Source of the DNA: an uncultured Armatimonadetes bacterium
Lineage (GTDB): Bacteria > Armatimonadota > Hebobacteria > Hebobacterales > Hebobacteraceae
Reading direction: 5' to 3'
DNA length: 64,000 nt
NCBI GenBank assembly: GCA_963716175.1
Contig: OY970296.1
Location: 3,232,001 to 3,296,000 of the forward strand
The translations under genes were made by a program, and so were the position numbers. Shown one piece after another: positions 9,481 to 21,196 of the stretch. Each line of letters opens with the position of its first letter. Positions within the stretch are counted from its first letter, which is position 1. Below the pieces are notes generated by a model. The model did not search any database and was not told the DNA's origin. It saw nothing but the letters and a program-made list of their open reading frames with translations.

Positions 9481-11418
9481 ATGAGGCTGTCGCTACGAGC
9501 ATTGGCTGTGGGCCTGGTCGGGATCGTGATCGTGGCCTTCATCGTCTCGTGGGCGGAGCTGGTCACAGGACAGATCATGATCGGCTTCCTCCAGCTCCCC
9601 CCGGTGGTGGTGGCGGCCCTGTTCGTGCTCGTGCTGCTGACCAGAGGAGTGCGGAGGTTCGCTCCCCGCCTCGCCCTCCAGCCGGGCGAGATCGTGGTGG
9701 TCTACTGCATGCTGCTGCTCACTGCCATGATCTCCTCCCGCGGCCTGATGGAGGACCTGATCCCCATGCTGGTGGGGATCAACTACTACGCCAACCCTGG
9801 CAACAAGTGGGAGGACCTGTTTTTCCCCTACCTCCCCGCCTGGTCGGTGCCCTGGGACGTGGGCGCGGGCGCCCACCAGTTCCCGGCCACTGCCTTCTAC
9901 GAGGGATTGAGGGAAGGGCAGCATATCCCCTGGCTGCTCTGGCTCAAGCCCCTCGCCCTCTGGTTGATCCTGGTGGTCGCGGTGTTTGCGGCCTTTCTCT
10001 GCCTCTCCGTGGTGCTGCGCAAGCAGTGGAGTGAGAATGAGCGGCTGGCCTATCCCCTGGTGCGCCTCCCGGTGGAGATGATCCGGGAGCAGCCCGGCCG
10101 CTCCTTCTACAGCAACCCGCTGACCTGGATCGGCTTCGCCATCCCGACCCTGCTGTTCGGGCTCAACGGGCTGCACAACTGGAACCCGTCGCTGCCATCG
10201 GTCAACGTCGAGATCGTGATCAACAACTACTTCAGCGAGCGCCCCTGGTCGGACATCACCTTCTTCGTCGCCTACATCTCTCCGGGCTCGGTCGGGTTTT
10301 TCTACCTGCTGCCCACCGAGCTGCTGCTCAGCTTCTGGTTCTTCCACCTGCTGGTGAAAGTGCAGGACCTGCTGTTCTCGCTGCTGGCCTTCCCCAGGAT
10401 TGCGTTCCCGCACGTGGATGCCAACGGCTACTCCGCCTATCAGACCTCGGGGGCCTACTTCGTGCTGGTGGCCTTCCTGGGGGCGGTGGCCCTGCCCCAC
10501 CTGAAGAGCGTGCTGAGGCGGGCGGTGAGCGCGGCCGGCCCCACCGGCCGGGATGAGATGATCCCCTACCGGGCGGCGGTATGGATTCTGCTGCTGGCCT
10601 TGACCGCGGCCGCGGTGTGGCTGCACCAGTCCGGCATGAGCATCGGCTTCGCCATCTACGCGCTGCTGGTCTACGTGTTCGTGGAAGCGATCATCATGGC
10701 GCGGGGATGCACCGAGGGCGGAATGCCCATGAGCGAAGGCACCTTCACCCCCCTGGACATCAGCTCCCTGGTGATCTCGCCCATGTCTCTGGGGGCCAGG
10801 AACCTGACCAGCGTGGCCTTCTTCGATACCCTGTTCGCCCGCGACCTGCGCGGCCTGGTGCTCACCGGCTTCCTCGACGGCCAGAAGCTGGGGGATGAGC
10901 TGGGCGTGCGGCGGCGCACCCTGCTCTACGTGTTCGTGATCTCGATTCTGGTGGCGATACCAGTGGCCGCAGCGATGCAGCTCTGGCTGCCTTACCACCG
11001 CGGCGCCGACACCATGTACTCCTGGATCTACCGCCGGAGCAATGTCCTCTACTTCGAGGAGAACGGCGCCTTCCTCCAGGGCGAGGCCCAGCACCTGACC
11101 GGAGGCTTGATCTCGTTCCTCGCGGGCGGCGCCTTCGCCGCCTGGCTGGCGATGATGCGGGTGCGCTATGTGGGGTGGCCCTTCCACCCATTGGGCTATG
11201 CCCTGTCCACCTCCTGGACCGCCACCGTCTTCTGGTTTCCCATGTTCGTGGCCTGGGTGGTGAAGACGCTGATCGTGCACTACGGCGGCATGCGCCTCTA
11301 CAACCGGTTGCGGCCTATATTCCTGGGGATGATCTTCGGGGAGTTCACTTCCGCAGTGATGTGGACACTCATCGCCATGATGTGGCGCGTGCCGGCCCCC
11401 TACTTCCCGTGGCCGTGA
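9481..11418 (+). CDS. DUF6785/DUF6784-like polytopic membrane protein, paralog 2
   Basis: Colinear with 7377..9314 over its whole length with long identical stretches, e.g. FIVSWAELVTGQIMIGFLQLPPVVVAALF. Confidence 0.82.
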   Translation: MRLSLRALAVGLVGIVIVAFIVSWAELVTGQIMIGFLQLPPVVVAALFVLVLLTRGVRRFAPRLALQPGEIVVVYCMLLLTAMISSRGLMEDLIPMLVGINYYANPGNKWEDLFFPYLPAWSVPWDVGAGAHQFPATAFYEGLREGQHIPWLLWLKPLALWLILVVAVFAAFLCLSVVLRKQWSENERLAYPLVRLPVEMIREQPGRSFYSNPLTWIGFAIPTLLFGLNGLHNWNPSLPSVNVEIVINNYFSERPWSDITFFVAYISPGSVGFFYLLPTELLLSFWFFHLLVKVQDLLFSLLAFPRIAFPHVDANGYSAYQTSGAYFVLVAFLGAVALPHLKSVLRRAVSAAGPTGRDEMIPYRAAVWILLLALTAAAVWLHQSGMSIGFAIYALLVYVFVEAIIMARGCTEGGMPMSEGTFTPLDISSLVISPMSLGARNLTSVAFFDTLFARDLRGLVLTGFLDGQKLGDELGVRRRTLLYVFVISILVAIPVAAAMQLWLPYHRGADTMYSWIYRRSNVLYFEENGAFLQGEAQHLTGGLISFLAGGAFAAWLAMMRVRYVGWPFHPLGYALSTSWTATVFWFPMFVAWVVKTLIVHYGGMRLYNRLRPIFLGMIFGEFTSAVMWTLIAMMWRVPAPYFPWP

Positions 11419-11432
11419 GGTAGCAGAGAAGG

Positions 11433-13160
11433 ATGGCAGCCAAGCGGCAGAGACAGAGAAGCAGGAAGACAGAAGCGGACGTGAGGGCGGGTCGCGGCAC
11501 GCTGCTGGCCCTCTGCGCGCTGGCGCCGGTTATCATCGCGGCCCTGGTCGTCTATTACCTGCTGGCCTCCAAGAGCGCGGCCGGGGAGCTTGGGTATCCC
11601 CTCGACGATAGCTGGATTCACGTCCGATTTGCCCAGCACCTGGCCCGGGGGCAGGGATTCTCCTTCAACCCGGGCCAGCCCACCAGCACCACCACGGGGG
11701 CGCTCTGGACGCTGCTGCTGGCCCTGGCCTATCGCCTCACGCACGAGTTCTTCTTCACCTCCATGGTAGTGAATGGCCTGCTCTCGGTTCTGCTGTGCCT
11801 CCTCGTCTACCAGCTCGGCCTCACGCTCCACCCCTCGCGGTGGGTGGCCTTGCTCGCCGGCCTCGCGGTGGCCGTCACTCCACCTCTGCCCTGGTGGGTC
11901 CTTTCTAGTATGGAGCCACCTCTCTACGGGACACTGGCCTTGCTGGGGGTGCTGCTGCATGTGCGAGGGCGAGTCGGCGGGAATGGGCACGCCCGGCCCA
12001 CAGCCACCACCGACCTGCTGGCGACGGTGGCCTTCGCGCTCGCCGGGCTGGCGCGGCCGGAATGCCTGCTCCTGTTCCCACTGGCGATGCTGGATCGCCT
12101 GGTGATGGCGCGGTGGGTGAGGAGAGAAGACGGCGGCCTCCGGCGCTGGCTGCAGCAGTTGGCCTGGCAGGCGCCCCTGTTCGCGGTGCTGGTGGCCCCG
12201 CCCTTCGTCTACGACCACCGCGTCACCGGCTACCTTCTGCCCAGCTCCTTCTACTCGAAGCAGCAGTGGATGAGCATCTCGGGCGCGCTCGCAACCGGCC
12301 AGACGAAGAACCTGCTCTACGTCCTGTTCGCAGCTCCCTGGCGGGAGCTGGGATCACTAGTGGTGACATGGGGCGCCGACAACTTGGTGCTGATCCTGCC
12401 TTTCCTCGCCGGCCTGATCTGGTTGACCTGGGAGACGGTGAAGGGCCGGTCCCGCGGTCAGTCGCTCCTGATCCCGCTGGCCCTGCTGGTGCAGCCCGTG
12501 GTCTGGGCGCTGGTCGCCGGCTACCGGCCCGCGGATTTCCAGAGCCAACGTTATCTCGCTGCCCTCAATCCTCTCTATCTGCTGGTAGGCGTGGTGGGCG
12601 GCGCCTGGATCGTGGGGCGAGCGGCCTCGCTGCGGCCTGGCTGGGCGCGCCTGGGGCTGGCCGCGGCCGTGCTGGCCGCTTCCTTGGCCCGACAGCCGGC
12701 GAGCGCGGCCACCTATGCCCTGAACGTGAAGAACATCACCGAGATGCAGGTTCGGATCGGGCGCTGGGTGCGGGATCACGTGCCCCACGGATCGCTGCTG
12801 GCGGTGAACGATGTCGGCGCCATCGGGGTTATCACCGATGACCCGGTGCTGGACCTGCAGGGGCTGGTGACGCCCCAGGTATTGGCGCTGCGGAGCATGA
12901 AGCAGCAGATCGCCGGGCGGGCTCCCGAGCTCCTCTCCCAGTATCTCTTCGATCACCGCCCCGACTACCTGATCATCTTCCCTGAATGGTACCCCGAGCT
13001 AGCCCAGCGCGGCAACCTGTTCACCCCGGTGTTCGGGGTGCGGTTGGAGGACAACATCACCTCCGGCCGCTCCATCATGGTGGTGTATCGGACGGTCTGG
13101 GCGGAGGAGAAGGGCAGAGGGAGAATCGCTCAGCCTGCACCGAAGGAGGAGAGGCGGTGA
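11433..13160 (+). CDS. GT-C fold membrane glycosyltransferase-like protein (AftB/ArnT-like)
   Basis: LDDSWIHVRFAQHLARGQGFSFNPG...TTGALW acidic loop after first TM; ARPE; C-terminal DVGAIG...DLQGLV. Confidence 0.7.
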   Translation: MAAKRQRQRSRKTEADVRAGRGTLLALCALAPVIIAALVVYYLLASKSAAGELGYPLDDSWIHVRFAQHLARGQGFSFNPGQPTSTTTGALWTLLLALAYRLTHEFFFTSMVVNGLLSVLLCLLVYQLGLTLHPSRWVALLAGLAVAVTPPLPWWVLSSMEPPLYGTLALLGVLLHVRGRVGGNGHARPTATTDLLATVAFALAGLARPECLLLFPLAMLDRLVMARWVRREDGGLRRWLQQLAWQAPLFAVLVAPPFVYDHRVTGYLLPSSFYSKQQWMSISGALATGQTKNLLYVLFAAPWRELGSLVVTWGADNLVLILPFLAGLIWLTWETVKGRSRGQSLLIPLALLVQPVVWALVAGYRPADFQSQRYLAALNPLYLLVGVVGGAWIVGRAASLRPGWARLGLAAAVLAASLARQPASAATYALNVKNITEMQVRIGRWVRDHVPHGSLLAVNDVGAIGVITDDPVLDLQGLVTPQVLALRSMKQQIAGRAPELLSQYLFDHRPDYLIIFPEWYPELAQRGNLFTPVFGVRLEDNITSGRSIMVVYRTVWAEEKGRGRIAQPAPKEERR

Positions 13161-14171
13161 AGCCCGGGAAGCTACCGCTCGATCTGCTCGCCGACCTGCT
13201 GGCGCGGCTGCCGGGTGGCGATCCTCGCGTGCTGGTGGGGCCCAGGGTAGGGGAGGACGCGGCGGTGATTGACCTGGGGGATCGGCTGCTCGTCGCCAAG
13301 ACCGACCCGGTGACCTTCGCCACCGATCTCATCGCCTGGTACACGGTCAATGTCAACGCCAACGACATCGCCACCATGGGGGCCGAACCGCGGTGGTTCA
13401 TGGCCACCCTCCTGCTTCCGGAGAGCGTCCGCGAGCGGGAGATCGAGGCCCTCTTCGACCAGCTCTCCCAGGCCTGCCGGCGCCTCGGCGTCACCCCGGT
13501 GGGAGGCCATACCGAGATCACCATCGGCCTGCCTCGGCCCATCATGATCGGGTGTATGTTGGGCGAAGTAGGGCGCGATCGGCTCGTAACCAGCGCGGGG
13601 GCGCAAGCCGGCGACGCCGTGATTCTCGCTGGGTCCATCGCCATCGAGGGGACCGCTCTGCTAGCGCGGGAGGTAGGGGAGGAGCTGCTGGGCAGAGGAC
13701 TGGATGAGGCGACGGTGGCGCGGGCGAGAGACTTGCTGTTCGATCCCGGGATCAGCGTGGTGGCGCCGGCCCGCGTAGCCCTGCAAGTTGGCGGAATCAC
13801 CGCCTTGCACGATCCCACCGAGGGCGGCCTCGCCACCGGCCTGCGGGAGCTGGCCCTCGCCTCCGGGGTCGGCCTCGAGATCGTAGGGGAGGCCATCCCC
13901 CTGCTCCCCTTGACCGGTCAGGTGTGCGCCGCGCTCGGGGTTGGACCCGCTCGGGCTCATCGCCTCCGGCTCCCTCCTGATCGGGGCCCGGCCAGATGCT
14001 GCCGACCGGGTACTTCGCGCCCTTGGGGCAGCCGGAGTGGCGGCGGCCATCATCGGTCGCGCATTGCCAAAGGAAAGAGGCCTCACCCTGGTCGCCCGCG
14101 GCCGCGCCGGCCCGCTGCCCGCGTTCGCGCGCGATGAGCTGGCCCGGTTCTTCGACCAGAGGCCGACCTGA
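13157..14171 (+). CDS. AIR synthase family protein (HypE/ThiL-like), apparent 1-nt frameshift at ~13937-13940
   Basis: GKLP, VGEDAAV, KTDPVT, NANDIATMGAEP, GGHTE, HDPTEGG; continues as LDPLGLIASGSLL...RDEL in ORF 13941..14171 after a G4 run; GTGA overlap with upstream gene. Confidence 0.8.
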
Positions 14172-14184
14172 GCCTGCCTCCAGC

Positions 14185-16708
14185 CTACTTCTTCTCCTGC
14201 TCCACCGGCGCCGACGGCGTTCGCAGAGTGCGGGGCACATCGCCCAACTTCTGCTTCTCCGACTCGGCCAGCACGGCCGCCTCTGCCGGGCTCCGCACCA
14301 CCCGCGGGGTCAGGAACACGAGCAGCTCTGACTTCTCTCGATGCGACGTGGTGGACCTGAACAGCGACCCGATCAGCGGTATGTCCCCCAGCAGCGGCAC
14401 CTTGCTCGCGCTGCGCGTGATGGTGTCCCGCATCAGCCCACCGAGCACGATGGTGTAGCCGTCCTTGACGCTCAGGGTGGCATTGGTCTGCCGGCGCGCC
14501 ACGCTGGGGTACTCCTGGCCCGCGATATTCACCGAGGCCCCCGGCTCGTCTGCTGACACCGACACGGTCATCTGCACCACGTTCCCTTGCGTCACCCGCG
14601 GCGTCACGCTGAGCACGATACCAACGGACTGATAGTCAATGCTGGTGCTGATGGCGGCCCCGGTGCCCACGGTAGTGGTCAGGCTGCCTCTGGGGAAGGG
14701 ACGGCTGCTGGAGACGTCTATCTGCGCCGGCTGGTTGTTGGAGGTGAAAATGCTGGGCGTGGAGAGGATGCGGGCATGGCTGTCGGTGGTAAGGGCCTTG
14801 AGCATCGCGTGGAACTCCCCGCCGCTGATCTGCCCGAAGAAGCCGGTGGGCCCGGTGACATTACCGGCGGAATCTTTGGCCAGGGTGCCCACGCCGAAGT
14901 TCGAGGACAGGTCTCCGGTGTACGTGTTGCCCTGGAAGGTGCCGAAGGTGCGGCCCAGGTCCTGCCACTGGAAACCGAGGCTGGTGTCGCGGGTGAGCGT
15001 GACCTCGGCGATAATCGCCTGGATGCTGACCTGCGCGGGAGCGACGTCCAGCTTCTCGAGGAGCTGCTTGATCAGCTCGAGTTGCTCGGGGGAGGCCGCG
15101 ATCAACAGCGTGTTGGTATTATCGTCCGCCGTGATCATGGTCTCCCTCGTCCCCTCCCATCGGCACTGCCGCCCCCTCTTCCGCCCCTGGTGCCGGGGCC
15201 ACCTCGACCAGCGGTCCCAGCGGCTGTGGCGGCAGCGGCAGCACCCCTTCGGGAACCTGAGCCACCGTCACCGGGTTGGCCGCGGCATGGCCGGGGGCGG
15301 TGCCCGCAAGCGGCTCCACCTCCACCCTTGACGCGCCCTCCGGGCCGCGGCCTGGGGCCGCCGGTAGCGCAGCCATCTGCACCGGGCGCCCACCACCGGT
15401 GGGCGCGGCGCCCGTGGCCCGCGTCCCTCGAATCACCCCGGTCCCAGGCGTCCCGTACCCCGAGATGCCGGGCCTGGTCCTGGCGGTCGCCGCGGCCGCC
15501 GCGGCTGGCGCCGCACCCGGCACCGCGCCCGCCGCCGCCACCTGGGCCCCGAGCAGCGGGCCCACTTTCTGCGCCAGGTCGCTCGCCACCAGGTTCTGTA
15601 CCGGATAGACAAAGAAGGTGTCCCGCAAGTTGATGGGCCGATCCAGTTGATCTACCAGCACCTCGATCTGCTGGAGGTGGATGGGGATGGCCAGCACGAT
15701 CAGCGAGTTGGTGCGCAGATCCGGGTAGCAGAACTCCGGGCCTGCACCGCCAGCCGCGCCGCCCGCCGCCCGAGGCGCGACGGGGGCGCGCTGGATCAGC
15801 CGGCGCTCGTAGGGCAGGCCGGTGCGAGCCGCCGCCGCCGCCCCGCCCCCCGCCCCTCCCCCTCGGCCCAGCACCAGTGAGTTGACCAGGTCCGTCATGT
15901 CCTGGGCGTCGTAGTAGCGCAGCGGGTACACCTGTAGCCCTCCGGAGAGCTGCGACTCCGTCTCCGCGATCAGGGTGAGCGCGCGCTGGATGCTGGCCGC
16001 GGTATCGGTGATGATCAGGGAGTTGGTGGAAGTGGGGATGAGGCTCGCGTTCTGGGAGAGCAGCCCCTGAAGCTGAGACGCCACGTCTCCCGCCGACAGG
16101 CTGGTCAGGGGGATAACCTGGGTGATGAAAGTGTCGCTGGTCGGTACGTCCTCGGGCCGGGCCCCGAACTGCATCGGCGGCCCCGACTGCACTGCGTCCG
16201 CGATCGACAGCACCTTGTAGATCCCCGTGGGCGCGCGGACCATGGTGAAGCCCCGCACCTCCAGCACCGAATTCAAGATCTGGAAAGCGACATCCAGGGG
16301 AACCGGCTCCGGCGCGATCACCGTGATGGGTCCGGTCACCTGTTCTGATTTGATGATAGTGACCCCGGCCTCCCGGCTCAGCAGGCGCAGCAGATGATCG
16401 ATATCCAGCCCGTAGAACTCCATCCGGATCATCTTGGTGCCGCCCGCGCTCTGCACCACCTCCAATGGCTGCGAAAGCGGCGAGGTCGGCGCTCCCCCGC
16501 GGGGCGCGGCAGGCGCGGCAGGCGCAGCACTGGGGCCAGGCCTGGCTTGAGCCGGGCGGCTGGGGCGCTGGCGCCGGCCGGGCATGCGCATCGAAGGCCG
16601 TCCTCGCTGCTGTGCCGAATCGGCCACCGTGATCAATTCGGAGACGCAGGCCAGCGACAGCATGACCGCTATTCCCCAGATCGCCCTGCGATGCCACACG
16701 CTCATCAT
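14185..16708 (-). CDS. gspD: Type II secretion secretin, apparent frameshift at 15151-15154
   Basis: N0 domain (IRMEFYGLDIDHLL..ITVIAPEPV), N1-N3 repeats (TNSLII), secretin domain (QVSIQAIIAEV, KVPLLGDIPLIGSLF, ELLVFLTPRVV); two ORFs join by removing one G. Confidence 0.88.
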
Positions 16709-16871
16709 GGTCTTCCCTCTTGGCCCGCCCCGCGTGGACCCGGATCTGCTGCTCCCTCGCCCAATGACTCGTTGCAGGATCGAAGCCCTTGAGGCACCTG
16801 AGAGGCTTCCTCGCCCCGCGAGTCGCTTCAGCCTATGTGACACCTATCCCGGCAAAAGGCCCCGTGGCCCC

Positions 16872-17612
16872 TCATCCCTCAGCAGGTGGTGAGCTGGGGG
16901 GCTGACCGAGCGGTGGGTTGGGGCCCGCGTTGGCCGGCGGGCCTGGCGCTGGCTGAGCCGGCCCTGCCGAGGGCGCTGGTTGCGCTGGCCGCGGTGCTGC
17001 CGGCCGAGCCGTCGGCTTTCCCGCGGCCGCGGCCTTGGTCAGCGGCACCAGGTTGAACGTCTCAGTCCGCGCCAGCGTCGCCGGAGCTCCCCCCGCGCTC
17101 AACTGAACCTGCTTCGGAGTCACCTGTTCCACCTTCGCACCCCTGAAGGTATCTCCCACCGCCACGTATTCGACCGACCGGTCGCCTGCATTCTCCAGTA
17201 TGCCAAGCATCTTGCCATTGATCTCGACATACCCCAGGTAGGACCACCCAGGGAAGCTGGGAGGCGGCGGAGGGGGCGGCGGGCCCGGGGGCGTCGGGTT
17301 GCTGGGTTTGGGGGGCGTGGTCCTGAGCGGCGGCAGGGGCTGCTTCCTCACCGGCGGGGGAGGAGGCGCGGGCGGGGCGAAGACATTGCGCTGCACGATC
17401 ACCTCATAGCGACTGTACTCGACATCGGCCGGGGCCGCCGGTGGCAGCGCCTGCGCCATCGTGATCGGCGCCGCAGTTGTGATCGCCCGCCGCGCCGTGC
17501 GGCGCCCCTTCGCCTTCGGGGGCCGGGCGCTGTTCAGCGTGTAGACCAGAAAGGCGGCCGCCGCGCAGAGCACGATCGCGAGCACCACTGAGCTGCTCCT
17601 AGCTCTTTTCAT
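16872..17612 (-). CDS. GspC/PilP-like accessory protein, Pro-rich
   Basis: N-terminal TM, RNVFAP motif, small beta domain (YLGYVEING...VAVGDTFRGAKVEQV); directly upstream of secretin. Confidence 0.65.
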   Translation of the reverse strand: MKRARSSSVVLAIVLCAAAAFLVYTLNSARPPKAKGRRTARRAITTAAPITMAQALPPAAPADVEYSRYEVIVQRNVFAPPAPPPPPVRKQPLPPLRTTPPKPSNPTPPGPPPPPPPPSFPGWSYLGYVEINGKMLGILENAGDRSVEYVAVGDTFRGAKVEQVTPKQVQLSAGGAPATLARTETFNLVPLTKAAAAGKPTARPAAPRPAQPAPSAGPAQPAPGPPANAGPNPPLGQPPSSPPAEG

Positions 17613-18161
17613 CGCTTGCCTTCTTCGCCGACTTCAGTTGGTAGGTGGCGGCGTGCAGGAAGATGAGCAGGCCGCTCCCTCCAGCCGCTCCCGGCCCGAT
17701 CTCCACTCCCTCCACCCACAGCCGGTGAGGCCGCTGCTCCAGCTCATAGAGCAGACGCGCAAGATGGGGGAAATCGGTCTCCACCCGGAAGCCCACCGGG
17801 TACCTCACGCACTTCGCCAGCGGCTCTGGCTCACCGGGCCGAATACTGGTCAAGCGCACCCCCAGATCGCTGGTGAGCTGCGCGATCTCGCGCAGCAGGT
17901 CGGCCTGCACGTCCCCTTGCTCCGGCCTGAACAGCTCCTGCACCTCCGACCGGAGCTGCTTGGTCTCCTGCTGCGCTGCTGGCATTCGCGGTACATGCGC
18001 TGCGCCCGCTCGACGGTGGCGGTCAGGCTCTTCTCCTGGCGCGCCAGCGCCCGCGCCGTGTCTCGCATCGGCAGCAGCAGGAAGAAGATCAGCAGGAACA
18101 AGGCCAGGGCGCCGAAGCCCCCGATGAGCAGGAGTCGCTCCCGCCGGGATGCCCTCCTCAT
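17599..18161 (-). CDS. GspM/PilO-like protein, apparent frameshift at ~17985
   Basis: MRRASRRERLLL + TM + coiled coil, then ferredoxin-like domain (FPHLARLLYELE) in ORF 17599..17985; GAATG lacks one A. Confidence 0.7.
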
Positions 18162-19896
18162 CACTCCCCTCCCAGAGAGGCGCTGGTGACCGGCGTGGCC
18201 GTGCTTTCCCGTTCCGTCCACAGGTGGACGGTGAGCGAGAAGCTCACCCCCAGCACCTGGGTGACAGTGGGCCCGGCGGCGCGCGCCCCCGCACCCCACC
18301 CGTCCGGCGAGCGCCTGCGACACGCGCTACCCCCGCGGGTGCCGGCGTGGACTCAGTCTGCACCACGGTTTGGTCCAGGCGGTCGAGGCTAACGGCGGTG
18401 ACCAGTCGAGAGCGGCCCAGGGCGACCTGCAGGTCGGCCACGGCATCGGAGCTGGGCGCGCTGCCCTGGATCACCAGGGGTTGACCTGGCCGCCAGGTGA
18501 AATGGGTGAGAATCAGGCCCGTGGGCGCGTTCTCGCTGATCGTGCGCAGCAGTTCCAGGGCAGCATAGCGGCGCGCCTGGGCCGGCTGCAGCTCGTCCAG
18601 TTCCTGGCTCAGCCCGTCCCGCTGATCCAGCACGAGCTGGGCCTGTTCCTCCTGCTTCCCCGCCACCTTCTCTTCCTGCTGCAGGGTCTTCACGTGCGCC
18701 CTCTGCCGGCCAATGGCCCTCGCCTCGATCACGTAGCCTGCAACCAGCGCCACCAGCACCAGCGCCCCGACTGCGCTGCCCACCCGGCGGACCTGCTGGG
18801 CCCGCCGGACCTGGGCCACCTCCCGGGGGACCAGGGAAATCGTCCAGGCGGTCTGGCTGGTGCCCCGCAGCGCCTGCCCCATCGCCAGCAGGCAGTGTCC
18901 CGCGGCCTCGCCATCGGGAACTCGCAGGTGGGCCTGCGGGAAGAGGCGCGCCGCCGAGAGCCGGGTCGGGGCCACGCCGAACTGGGCCTGCACCGCCTCC
19001 GCCAGGCCGGGCACGGACGATCCCGCGCCCACCAGGAAGATGCGCGCGAGCGCGGCCGGTCCGAAGGAAAGGGCGGACCGGCGCAGCTCCCCGTGGAAGT
19101 TTTCCAGCCAGGCCGCCGTGCGCGTGAGCCGCCTATCGTAGCCCGCGCTTCCGGCCTGGGCCGCGGTGAGCAGCGCCAATCCCTGGGTGCGCTTCAGCTC
19201 CTGCGCCTCCTCCAGGCTCACCTCGAGGTCATCTCTGATGGCGAGCGTGAGCTGCTGGCCCCCCAGGCCCACGGATCGGGTCAGCCGCAGGCGGCCCCCC
19301 TCCGACAGGTTGATGGTGGTGGCGCGGGCTCCGGTCTCGATGGTGAGCGTGATCCCGGGCGGGCCCTCCGGCGCCATCCGGATCAGGTCGTGCAGAGCGA
19401 GCACGTCCAGGGTGAGAGTCGTCACCCGCATTCCCAGCTCTTTCGCCAGCGCCAGGTACTCGCGCACCAGGTCTCGCTGCGCCGCCACCACCAGCACATC
19501 GGTAAGGCCCGGCTGCTCCCGGGAGGGTCCCAGCGGCTGGAAATCCAGCACCACCTGCTCCACCGGGAATGGGATCTGATCGGCCAGGTCATACTCGATC
19601 ACGCGGCGCAAGGCGGCTCGATCTGCCGGCGGGTAGGCGCTGACGCGGGCCGTCACCTGACGCCGCGGAAGCGCCAGGATGACCGACCGGGAGCGAATGC
19701 CGGCCTTCGCCAGGGCTTGGCGGATGGCCTCCACCAGGGGCCTGCGATCGGCCCCCGCCTCCCAGCGGAACCCCGGCGGCAGCGGCTGCTCGGCGCAGCG
19801 GATGGCGCGGACCCCGCCCCGGCCCTCGCGCACCTGGGCCACCTTCACCGAGTAAGACCCGATATCTACGCTAACTGGCTGGCTGCGCAAGCGCAA
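18161..19896 (-). CDS. PilM-PilN fusion (GspL-like), apparent frameshift at ~18295
   Basis: VDIGSYSVKV actin-like start, IPFPVEQVVLDF, TM, coiled coil, PilN domain; the alternative frame gives ...VLGVSFSLTVHLW...GGE* ending in a TGATG overlap at 18161. Confidence 0.78.
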
Positions 19897-21196
19897 ACCT
19901 TTCTCCCCCGGCGGCGGAGGCCTGCATCCACTCTTCCCGCGGCGGCAACGGGGAGTCCTCCTCCGACTGTTGCACCACTATCACCTGCCCTCCGTCGCGC
20001 CGGACGAGCGCGCGCAGGGTGCGGAAGGTCCGCTCGGTGGCCGGGTATCCCATGGACTCGATGATGAAGCTCGAGGACTTGACATTGACGTGGTCTATGA
20101 TCAGGGTGAAGATGTCGGGCCCGTCAGGCTGGTTCAACAGGAACTCGGTGAAGTCCCCCAGGGAGGTGAAAGGCGCCTTGCGCCGCCGGCCCTCGATCGC
20201 CATCCCCAGCCCGATCGAGCCTCCCGGCAGAGCCGCGATCACTGCGGGTGCAGCCGTGTTGACGTTGACCAGTCCCCGCGTCTGCAGCCCCGGGTTCACC
20301 GTGAAGTAGTCTATGATGCTGATCACCCGATCATACCCCAGACCGGCGACGGTGACGAGTTGAGCCAGAGAGGTATACTGCTGGCCTATGCTGTTCAGCC
20401 GGGACAGCCCGCTGCAGACGGAGTCAATGTCATAGGTGGTGAAGGCCGCCCCCAATCTCGCCATCACATACGTCTGGAAGGCCTCAGACAAGGACAGCTC
20501 CTCACAGTTCCTGAACTCGTTCAGCCCTATCCTCATGCCCCCGGTGCTGCTGGTGTTCGCCGACAGCGACTCCACGGTCAGCACATCCGCCAGACCGGGC
20601 TTGTCCTTGGTCCCGAAGAACATCTCCGGGGTGACGCCCCTCACCAGCAGCAGTTCGCCCAGGGTCTGGAATGGCGCGCCTCGCGCCGAGTAGGGATAGG
20701 CCAGCGCTTGGTAATAGCCCTGATCGCCACCTACCCCTTCCCGCCAGGCGATGATATCCGCGGCCACCTGGGCATTCCCCGTGAGCCGGAACAGCGTGTC
20801 CAGGTCGGCGGTGTTGACGTCAATGCGGCCGCATGCGTCCTCCACCCGGACCTGGTAGAACCCGTCGCCGAGCTGGTGGGGCAGATCCAGCGGCAACCGC
20901 GCCTGCGGGCCCCACGCCTCTTGCAGGGTATCGAGGGTCTCGTCATCATAGACCAGGATGGCGCGCGCCTGCTGCAGGCCGGCCTGCGCGAGCAACAGCG
21001 CCTGCTCCCGCTCCAGATTGGCGTGGGAGGCGCGCAGCTCCACTCTCACCGCGGCCACGATGCCCACCGCCAGCACCGCCAGCAGCACCACCGCGAACAC
21101 CGCGAGGATCAGCACTACTCCTCGCTCGCCCCGGGGCCCGCTAGCGCGAAGCGATAGCCACCGCGGTCTGAAACTCGTGTTCCTTTTGCTGCTCAT
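19871..21196 (-). CDS. gspK: Minor pseudopilin GspK (start uncertain)
   Basis: ERG-VVLILAVF prepilin-like helix, DACGRIDVNTA, ELLLVRGV, VNVNTA helix-hairpin-helix motifs. Confidence 0.8.
   Translation of the reverse strand: MSSKRNTSFRPRWLSLRASGPRGERGVVLILAVFAVVLLAVLAVGIVAAVRVELRASHANLEREQALLLAQAGLQQARAILVYDDETLDTLQEAWGPQARLPLDLPHQLGDGFYQVRVEDACGRIDVNTADLDTLFRLTGNAQVAADIIAWREGVGGDQGYYQALAYPYSARGAPFQTLGELLLVRGVTPEMFFGTKDKPGLADVLTVESLSANTSSTGGMRIGLNEFRNCEELSLSEAFQTYVMARLGAAFTTYDIDSVCSGLSRLNSIGQQYTSLAQLVTVAGLGYDRVISIIDYFTVNPGLQTRGLVNVNTAAPAVIAALPGGSIGLGMAIEGRRRKAPFTSLGDFTEFLLNQPDGPDIFTLIIDHVNVKSSSFIIESMGYPATERTFRTLRALVRRDGGQVIVVQQSEEDSPLPPREEWMQASAAGGERFALAQPAS

Noticed and set aside
7161-11280. 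Long minus-strand ORFs (726 aa, 595 aa) and many similar antisense ORFs across the window
   Set aside because: His/Gln/Gly-rich mirror translations of GC-rich genes on the opposite strand, with no recognisable motifs
16480-17360. Short tandem GC repeats in gspD/gspC-like genes
   Set aside because: Explained by Pro/Ala-rich low-complexity linkers
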